A stretch of 32,000 bases of DNA, taken from positions 1,920,001 through 1,952,000 of the forward strand of contig NC_008578.1 in the NCBI RefSeq assembly GCF_000015025.1, written 5' to 3'. Source of the stretch: Acidothermus cellulolyticus 11B. GTDB lineage: Bacteria; Actinomycetota; Actinomycetes; Acidothermales; Acidothermaceae. This document shows, piece after piece, positions 15,976-22,398 of this stretch. The position numbers and the translations under genes were made by a program. The notes under the pieces were generated by a model. It made no database searches and was not told the DNA's origin. It saw only the letters and a list, made by a program, of their open reading frames with translations. How positions within the stretch are numbered: position 1 is the stretch's first letter; every line of letters starts with the position of its first letter.

Positions 15976-17628
15976 TTACCGACCGGCGGATCCAGACATT
16001 GGGGAACCGGACCGGTCAGCACCTCCGCGGTGCGAGAGCAGATCAGCGATGCCCACGATTCCCGCTACTGCAACGAAACCAACGCAACCGAGAATGCTCA
16101 CCCGCAACGCATGCGCATACACCTCGAACGCATGCGGACTGGTGTCCGCCCGCAGCACACCGGCCTGAGTGATATCAGCAAAAAAGAGCGCACTGACCGC
16201 AGCAATCCCTACGGCGGAGCCGACCCGTTGAGACGTCTGCAGGACGCCGGCGGCACTTCCACTGCCCCACCGGGGAACCTCGCCGAGTGTCACCGTCTGA
16301 TTCGGCGCAATAACCGTGCCGCTGCCGATTCCGGCAACGAGAAGCGGCAGCAGCAATGCCCATCCAACGTCGTGACGGACGTGACCGGTCACCGCAAACA
16401 TGGCAAGCAATCCGATGAGAACCAGGCATAACCCCGCAACCACCTGAGCCCGGCCGAACCGGGCGACGTGCCGCCCACCGATACCAGCCGCAGCCCCGGA
16501 GCCAACCGCGAACGGCAGTGCGGTAAGCCCGGCCAGCAGCGCGCTGTATCCCAGACCGACCTGCAAATACACGGTGAGAACAAGAAAGAGCGGGGTGAAT
16601 CCCGCGAAATACACGCCGGCCAGGGTGGTCCCAAAGGAGTACGAGCGGAGTCGGAACAGCCGCAGGTCGACCATGGGTTCGCCGCCACGGCGGGCAAGCG
16701 CCGCTTCCCGAAGGACAAAAATCGCGAGCAGCACGGCGGCCAGTCCCTCCAGCCACCACGGCCGGGCGGCGAGCGACCGCTGATCTCCTTCGACGAACGG
16801 CCAGAGAACGGCGTACATGGCCGCGGCAAACACAAGAACGCCGGGGAGATCGAGGCTCGCCCGCCGCTCGGTATGCATCGACCCGCGCGGCAAATAGCGG
16901 CGGGCCAGCCAGAGCGTCACCGCGCCGATCGGCACGTTGATGTAAAAAATCCACCGCCAGCCGTCATGGGTTCCGGCGGCAGCGATCAGTGCTCCACCGG
17001 CCAGCGGACCGATCGCGGTCGAAACACCGACGACCGCGCCAAAGAGGCCGAATGCTTTCCCGCGCTCCCGGCCGCTGAACAGCACCTGGATGAATCCTGC
17101 GATCTGCGGACTGACGATTCCACCCGCCAGCCCCTGAACGATCCGTGCGCCGACCAGCCAGCCGGACGACGGTGCGGCGCCGGCGAGCGCGCTGGCCAGC
17201 GCGAAAAGCGCGACGCCGAAGGCGAAAACTAGCCTCCGGCTGCGGGCATCGCCGGCGCGTCCAGCCGGCACCAGGCTAAGACCAAACGCCAGCGAATACC
17301 CCGCTGTGATCCACTGCAGGGTGCTCGGCGTGGCGGACAATCCGGTACGGATCGACGGCAACGCGACATTGACAATGCTGATGTCCAGCAGGGTCATGAA
17401 CCCGGCGAGAAAACAAACCGCCAGCGCCATCCAGCGCCGCGGCTCGGCATCGTGGCCGGGACCTTGGCCGCGCCGCCGATCGTCCCGCTCATCAGACGCC
17501 GACGCAGGGCCCGCGGCTATCGCCGTGCCAAGCGCTCGGTCAGCGGGGTCGCCGGTGGGTCCGCGCTGCAAGGGCGGGTCGTTCGCTGGGCCGCGCTGCA
17601 AGGGCGGGTCGTTCGCTGGGCCGCGCAC
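15976..17628 (-). CDS. MFS transporter, DHA2 (EmrB/QacA-like, 14-TMS) family
   Basis: In track ORF 15976..18069(-). The core begins RRWMALAVCFLAGFMTLLDISIVNVALPSI and continues with many TM helices.

The start is uncertain. Candidates are:
- GTG at 17628, 4 nt after the stop of the upstream zinc-ribbon gene.
- TTG at 17601.
- TTG at 17571.

The ATG at 17430 is too late, because it would remove the conserved RRW. Confidence 0.85.
   Translation of the reverse strand: MRGPANDPPLQRGPANDPPLQRGPTGDPADRALGTAIAAGPASASDERDDRRRGQGPGHDAEPRRWMALAVCFLAGFMTLLDISIVNVALPSIRTGLSATPSTLQWITAGYSLAFGLSLVPAGRAGDARSRRLVFAFGVALFALASALAGAAPSSGWLVGARIVQGLAGGIVSPQIAGFIQVLFSGRERGKAFGLFGAVVGVSTAIGPLAGGALIAAAGTHDGWRWIFYINVPIGAVTLWLARRYLPRGSMHTERRASLDLPGVLVFAAAMYAVLWPFVEGDQRSLAARPWWLEGLAAVLLAIFVLREAALARRGGEPMVDLRLFRLRSYSFGTTLAGVYFAGFTPLFLVLTVYLQVGLGYSALLAGLTALPFAVGSGAAAGIGGRHVARFGRAQVVAGLCLVLIGLLAMFAVTGHVRHDVGWALLLPLLVAGIGSGTVIAPNQTVTLGEVPRWGSGSAAGVLQTSQRVGSAVGIAAVSALFFADITQAGVLRADTSPHAFEVYAHALRVSILGCVGFVAVAGIVGIADLLSHRGGADRSGSPMSGSAGR
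17546..17625. repeat. About 2.7 copies of a 30-bp tandem repeat at the 5' end of the MFS gene
   Basis: The unit ctgcaagggcgggtcgttcgctgggccgcg occurs at 17566-17595 and 17596-17625. A diverged partial copy sits at 17546-17565. On the minus strand it reads as RGPANDPPLQ RGPANDPPLQ RGPTGDP. Confidence 0.9.
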
Positions 17629-17632
17629 GCAA

Positions 17633-17836
17633 TCAGCCGCCGCAGCAGCACGAGCCGCCGCAGGCGCAGCCTGACCCCGCGGAACCCGCCGCCCCCACCA
17701 TGGAGACCGCCGACCAGACGCGGGTGACGTCCGTGTGGCCGTGCGGGCACTGGATACCGGTGGCCGGCTCGTGGATCGGATGATGCACGGTGAAGACCGT
17801 GTCGCAGGTACGGCATCGGAAGTCATACGCAGCCAT
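17633..17836 (-). CDS. FmdB-family zinc-ribbon protein (CxxC ... C-P-x-G-H, with a Cys/Gly-rich tail)
   Basis: In track ORF 17633..17932(-), from the ATG at 17836. Sequence: MAAYDFRCRTCDTVFTVHHPIHEPATGIQCPHGHTDVTRVWSAVSMVGAAGSAGSGCACGGSCCCGG. Confidence 0.8.
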   Translation of the reverse strand: MAAYDFRCRTCDTVFTVHHPIHEPATGIQCPHGHTDVTRVWSAVSMVGAAGSAGSGCACGGSCCCGG

Positions 17837-17889
17837 GGCATCCAGTGTAGGCAGCGTAGGGACAAGCGGATCTCCGAAAGGGCGGATGT

Positions 17890-19182
17890 GTGGGCGTTCC
17901 CGCATTGACCGGACTGGCTCTTCTCGCCGCACTCGGGTGGGTCTCGATCGTGGCTTCCCGGCAGCGGTTCTGGTGGCCGGGACCCTGGTTGCCGCCTGAC
18001 GACGGCGACCCTCTCACTGGTTGGCCGGCGGTTGCCGCGGTCGTCCCCGCCCGCAACGAAGCGGAGCATCTGCGGGTCACCGTGCCGACGCTTGCCGGGC
18101 AGGACTATCCCGGCCGGTTACAGATCGTGGTGGTCGACGACGAGTCAACCGATGACACGGCCGCAACCGCGCGGCACATCCTCGCCGGACAGACCACCAC
18201 CCACGCGTGGCAGGTCATCGGTGGTGAACCGACACCCGCGGGATGGGCTGGGAAAGTCTGGGCGATGGCCCAAGGCCGCCGTGCCGCAGGTTCCGTCGAT
18301 TGGCTCTGGTTCACGGACGCCGACATCACCCACAGCCCGGACGTGCTGCGCCGTCTTGTCCGCTTAGGCGAAACCAGGAGGCTGGACGTCGTCTCCGTGA
18401 TGGCCGTGCTGCGGACGGCCACGGTATGGGAGAAGCTCGTCGTCCCGGCCTTTGTCTATTTCTTCGCGCTGCTCTACCCGTTCCGGTCGCTGATGCGCAG
18501 CGGCACCGCGGCTGCTGCCGTCGGCGCGCGAACCGGCCGGTCCGCTCGGCTACCGAACGGACGGCGCCGACCGCGGTTTGCAGCGGCCGGCGGGTGTCTG
18601 TTGGTGCGTGCCGACATCCTCGATCGGGCCGGCGGTCTTGCCGCGATCCGCACCGCGCTGATTGACGACCTCGCACTCGCCAAACTCATTGCGGTTGCCG
18701 GGGGTCAAGAGTGGCTCGGCTTCGACACGGGGGTGCGGAGTGTCCGCGGGTATCAGCGGTTCGCCGATCTCTGGCGCATGATTTCCCGCAGCGCCTACAC
18801 CCAGCTGAATTACTCGCTGCTCCGGCTTCTCGGCGTACTTCTCGGCCTCGGTCTGCTGTTCGCCGTCCCGCCCATCGCCGTCGTGGTCGGCGCGGCACAT
18901 TGGCAGTCGACCGGTGGCGACGCGATGGTCGCAACCGCGCTTGGCGCCGGAGCCTGGCTGCTGGCAAGCGGCTCGTTGACGCCGACGCTGCGCCGAGTAT
19001 TCCGGCTTTCACCGCTCTGGGCGATGGTGTTTCCCATGGTGGGCCTGCTATATGCGGCAATGACGGCCCATTCGGCGTGGGCGTATTACCGCGGCCGCCC
19101 CGTTTCGTGGCGCGGCCGCGCGGCAACGGTGACCCGGTCCGGCGGCGGGCACCCCGCGGCGTCCAGATCACGATCGGAGTGA
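17890..19182 (+). CDS. Glycosyltransferase family 2 membrane protein (HpnB-like architecture)
   Basis: Track ORF of 430 aa: VVPARNEAEHLRVTVPTLAGQDYPGRLQIVVVDDESTDDT...PAGWAGKVWAMAQG...WFTDADITH. TM helices are present at the N- and C-termini. Confidence 0.85.
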   Translation: MGVPALTGLALLAALGWVSIVASRQRFWWPGPWLPPDDGDPLTGWPAVAAVVPARNEAEHLRVTVPTLAGQDYPGRLQIVVVDDESTDDTAATARHILAGQTTTHAWQVIGGEPTPAGWAGKVWAMAQGRRAAGSVDWLWFTDADITHSPDVLRRLVRLGETRRLDVVSVMAVLRTATVWEKLVVPAFVYFFALLYPFRSLMRSGTAAAAVGARTGRSARLPNGRRRPRFAAAGGCLLVRADILDRAGGLAAIRTALIDDLALAKLIAVAGGQEWLGFDTGVRSVRGYQRFADLWRMISRSAYTQLNYSLLRLLGVLLGLGLLFAVPPIAVVVGAAHWQSTGGDAMVATALGAGAWLLASGSLTPTLRRVFRLSPLWAMVFPMVGLLYAAMTAHSAWAYYRGRPVSWRGRAATVTRSGGGHPAASRSRSE

Positions 19183-19218
19183 TCGAAGCGGCAGCTGTCG
19201 GTCCGCTAGGCTGAGCCC

Positions 19219-19414
19219 GCAGCTGGTTCGGCCGCAGGCGATGCAGCCGAGCTAACAGGGAACCCGGTGCGAATCCGGGACTGCCCCGCAGCGGTGAGTG
19301 GGAACGACCGCCGTCAACGGCACTGGGCGACAGCCTGGGAAGCGACGGCCAGTAGGCAACGGTGACCGGCCGCTCCGGCGCCGCCGCCCACAAGTCCGAA
19401 GACCTGCCAGCTGC
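19219..19414 (+). promoter_or_regulatory. Cobalamin (B12) riboswitch, copy 1, upstream of metE
   Basis: The P1 helix is GCAGCTGG (19219-19226) paired with CCAGCTGC (19407-19414). The conserved core is AACAGGGAACCCGGTGCGAATCCGGGACTGCCCCGCAGCGGTGAG...GAACGACCGCC...CACTGGG...CTGGGAAGCGACGGCCAGTAGG. The B12 box is AAGTCCGAAGACCTGCC. Confidence 0.92.
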
Positions 19415-19463
19415 ACACCGCCGATGGTGTTCCATGCCGACCGGACTCGCGAAGGGAGAGCCC

Positions 19464-21818
19464 GTGACCACAACACGTTCGTCGTCCAACCGCCCACAGG
19501 GGCCGCGCAGCCGCTCCACCGTCTACGGTTATCCGCGGCAAGGGCCCGGGCGGCAGCTCAAGAAACTGACCGAGGCGTACTGGGCCGGACGCCTGGACGC
19601 TGACGCGTTCCTGGCGCAGACCCGTGAATTGCGCCGCGCGCGGTGGATCGAACTGCGGGACGCGGGCATCGACGAGATCCCGAGCAACGATTTCTCGTAC
19701 TACGACCATGTGCTGGACACCGCTGTGATGCTGGGCGCACTGCCGCGGCGGCACGCACCCGCCCTGGCGGACGCCGGCCAGTCCCCCGCCGCGCGCCTGG
19801 ACCGGTATTTCGCCCTGGCCCGCGGCAACGACGACGCCGCTCCGCTGGAGATGACGAAATGGTTCACCACCAATTACCACTACCTGGTTCCCGAACTCCG
19901 GCCGGACATGGAATTCCGACTGGATCCGACGAAGCCCTTGAGTGAATTCCGGGAGGCGAGGGAGCTTGGCCTCACGACACGGCCCGTGATTCTCGGCCCG
20001 GTCAGTTTTCTGTTGCTCTCCAAACGGGAGCCCGGCGTCCCGGGCGATTTCCAACCGCTCTCCCTCCTCGGGAAAATCATCTGCCCCTACCTGGAATTGA
20101 TCCGCCGCCTCTTCGACGCCGGGGCGGAGTGGGTGCAATTCGACGAGCCCTGCCTTGTCGCCGACCAGCCCGCGCAGGTGTTGGACGCAGTCGCCACTGC
20201 GTACGCAACCCTGTGCGCGGAGGAATTTCGGCCGCGACTCCTCGTCGCGACGTATTTTGACCGGCTCGGTGACGCCCTCCCCGTTCTTGCCGATTCGCCC
20301 GTCGACGGGATCGCCATGGACATCACCGGTCCGGCGCGCGCAAATATCGATGATTTAGCGGCGATCGGCGGCATCCCCACGAAGCGGCTCGTCGCCGGTG
20401 TCGTCGACGGCCGCAATGTCTGGCGCACCGACCTCGCTGCGGCGCTGTCCACGCTCGGCACCCTGCTCGGGCTGGCGGGGCAGGTTGATGTGTCAGCGTC
20501 GTGCTCCTTGCTGCACGTTCCGTTGAGTATCGAATTCGAGCGGCAGTTGGATCCGCAGATCGCCGGTTGGCTGGCGTTCGCCCGGCAGAAACTCGAGGAA
20601 ATTGTCATTCTCACCCGCGGGCTCAACGACGGCTGGGAAGCGGTCGCCGGCGACCTGCAGGTCAGTGCGGCGCGGCGGGCGACCCGGCTGGCGTCGCCTA
20701 TCGTGCAGGTCGATGCGGTCCGGCGCCGGGCGGCCGAAGCGGCAGGTCTTCCGCGGACCCGGCGCAGCCCGTACGCCGAACGGCGGATCGTGCAGCGCCG
20801 TCAGCTCGGTCTTCCGGCTCTTCCCACCACGACAATCGGATCCTTCCCGCAGACGCCGGCATTGCGGGCCGCCCGGGCGAAACTCCGGGCCGGCGAATTG
20901 GATGCCGCGGGTTACGAGGCTCTTATCGAGGCGGAAATCGCGGCTGTCATCGCCGAACAAGAGGCGGCCGGGCTTGACGTGCTGGTCCACGGCGAGCCGG
21001 AACGGAACGACATGGTGCAGTACTTCGCCGAGCAACTCGACGGTTTTCTCACCACCGCGGAAGGATGGGTTCAGTCGTACGGCACCCGCTACGTCCGGCC
21101 GCCTATCGTGGTCGGGGATGTCGCGCGCCGCGGGCCGATGACGGTCCGGTGGGCGACGTACGCCGCGGGCCGTACGCAAAAACCGGTCAAGGGCATGCTG
21201 ACCGGCCCGGTGACGATGCTTGCCTGGTCGTTCGTCCGCGACGACCTTCCCCGGGCGGAGGTGGCGCGACAAGTCGCTCTTGCGCTGCGCGATGAGGTGC
21301 TGGATTTGGAGGCGGCCGGGTTACGGGTCATTCAAATCGACGAACCGGCGCTGCGCGAATCGTTGCCGCTGCGGAATGCAGATCGCGCCGAATACCTGAG
21401 CTGGGCGGTCGACGCCTTTCGGCTCGTCACCTCCGGCGTCCGCGACGAAACACAAATTCACACCCACATGTGTTACGCGGAATTCGGCGACATTCTGCAG
21501 GCGCTCATCGACATGGACGCCGACGTCATCAGCCTGGAGGCCGCCCGCTCGGATATGGCGATTGTCACGGATCTGGCCCGCGCCGGGTATCCGAACGACA
21601 TCGGACCAGGAGTGTGGGACGTGCATTCGCCGCGCATTCCCACCGTGCAGGAAATCGTCGACCGCATTCACTTGGCGCTGAAGGAGTGTCCCGCTGATCG
21701 GCTCTGGATCAATCCGGACTGCGGGTTGAAGACCCGCGGCTACGCCGAGGTGCGCCCTGCACTGGCGAACATGGTCGCCGCTGCGCGCGCCGTCCGGGCT
21801 GAGCTCGGTTTGGTCTGA
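19464..21818 (+). CDS. metE: 5-methyltetrahydropteroyltriglutamate-homocysteine S-methyltransferase (cobalamin-independent methionine synthase)
   Basis: In track ORF 19362..21818. The GTG at 19464 follows the SD GAAGGGAGAG (19451-19460). N-terminus: STVYGYPRQGPGRQLKKLTEAYWAGR. C-terminal Zn site contexts: HTHMCYAEFGD and INPDCGLKTR. Confidence 0.93.
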   Translation: MTTTRSSSNRPQGPRSRSTVYGYPRQGPGRQLKKLTEAYWAGRLDADAFLAQTRELRRARWIELRDAGIDEIPSNDFSYYDHVLDTAVMLGALPRRHAPALADAGQSPAARLDRYFALARGNDDAAPLEMTKWFTTNYHYLVPELRPDMEFRLDPTKPLSEFREARELGLTTRPVILGPVSFLLLSKREPGVPGDFQPLSLLGKIICPYLELIRRLFDAGAEWVQFDEPCLVADQPAQVLDAVATAYATLCAEEFRPRLLVATYFDRLGDALPVLADSPVDGIAMDITGPARANIDDLAAIGGIPTKRLVAGVVDGRNVWRTDLAAALSTLGTLLGLAGQVDVSASCSLLHVPLSIEFERQLDPQIAGWLAFARQKLEEIVILTRGLNDGWEAVAGDLQVSAARRATRLASPIVQVDAVRRRAAEAAGLPRTRRSPYAERRIVQRRQLGLPALPTTTIGSFPQTPALRAARAKLRAGELDAAGYEALIEAEIAAVIAEQEAAGLDVLVHGEPERNDMVQYFAEQLDGFLTTAEGWVQSYGTRYVRPPIVVGDVARRGPMTVRWATYAAGRTQKPVKGMLTGPVTMLAWSFVRDDLPRAEVARQVALALRDEVLDLEAAGLRVIQIDEPALRESLPLRNADRAEYLSWAVDAFRLVTSGVRDETQIHTHMCYAEFGDILQALIDMDADVISLEAARSDMAIVTDLARAGYPNDIGPGVWDVHSPRIPTVQEIVDRIHLALKECPADRLWINPDCGLKTRGYAEVRPALANMVAAARAVRAELGLV

Positions 21819-21930
21819 CCCACCTGACCAATCGCTCGGCGATCTGACCGCCGGCCGGCCAGGGCCACACGCTGGTACGACGACACGACCCCGCCAGGCG
21901 CGCGATGCCACGCGGACCCGGCACGCCACG

Positions 21931-22041
21931 TCGACACGACACGCCGACACGATGCCCGGGCCATGGGCCCGACAGGCCGGCACGGCTGCCGGCTCCTCAC
22001 GACACGCCGACACGTCAGCTCGACACGACACGCCGACACGA
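21931..22041. repeat. Three dispersed copies of a CGACACGCCGACACG-containing motif between metE and the second riboswitch
   Basis: The copies are tcgacacgacacgccgacacga (21931-21952), cacgacacgccgacacg (21998-22014) and ctcgacacgacacgccgacacga (22019-22041). Confidence 0.7.
21976..21993 (+). terminator. Short GC hairpin downstream of metE (weak terminator candidate)
   Basis: GCCGGCA, loop CGGC, then TGCCGGC, followed by tcctc. It is preceded by a second small hairpin, CGGGCC-ATG-GGCCCG, at 21955-21969. Confidence 0.3.
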
Positions 22042-22088
22042 CATCTAGGTGCTCGCATCCCGTCGCGACCCCAGATATGGTGTCGCCT

Positions 22089-22275
22089 GCGACTGGTTCG
22101 ACCCCTCGGGGTCGTGCCAACAGGGAACCCGGTGTGAATCCGGGACTGCCCCGCAGCGGTGAGCGGGAACGACCGCTGTCATCAAGCACTGGGCCGGACG
22201 GCCTGGGAAGCGACAGCCAGTAGGTGACCGGCGATTCGCCGGTCGGGCCCGCAAGTCCGAAGACCTGCCAGTCGC
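22089..22275 (+). promoter_or_regulatory. Cobalamin (B12) riboswitch, copy 2, upstream of nrdA and nrdB
   Basis: The P1 helix is GCGACTGG (22089-22096) paired with CCAGTCGC (22268-22275). The core is nearly identical to copy 1: AACAGGGAACCCGGTGTGAATCCGGGACTGCCCCGCAGCGGTGAGCGGGAACGACCGC...CACTGGG...CTGGGAAGCGACAGCCAGTAGG...AAGTCCGAAGACCTGCC. Confidence 0.92.
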
Positions 22276-22354
22276 CCCGCGGACACCCGTCCGCGGGTGG
22301 GCCGCACGCCGCGCGGGACGGCGACGCAGGCGACCCCACGTGGGTTCGTTTCGT

Positions 22355-22393
22355 CTCCTTCGCGGCATGCGCCCGGCAATCGTCGCGAGGGAG
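22355..22393 (+). promoter_or_regulatory. Candidate SD-sequestering helix in the nrdA leader
   Basis: CTCCTTCGCG (22355-22364) can pair with CGCGAGGGAG (22384-22393), giving 10 bp with one G-U pair. The second arm contains the GGGAGG SD of the ATG at 22399. Confidence 0.4.
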
Positions 22394-22398
22394 GCAGA

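Noticed and set aside
17629-18069. Upstream 147 codons of the 697-aa track ORF containing the MFS transporter
   Set aside because: This stretch is Arg/Pro-rich with no TM or known motif. It overlaps the well-supported FmdB zinc-ribbon gene in another frame and runs into the divergent GT2 gene start.
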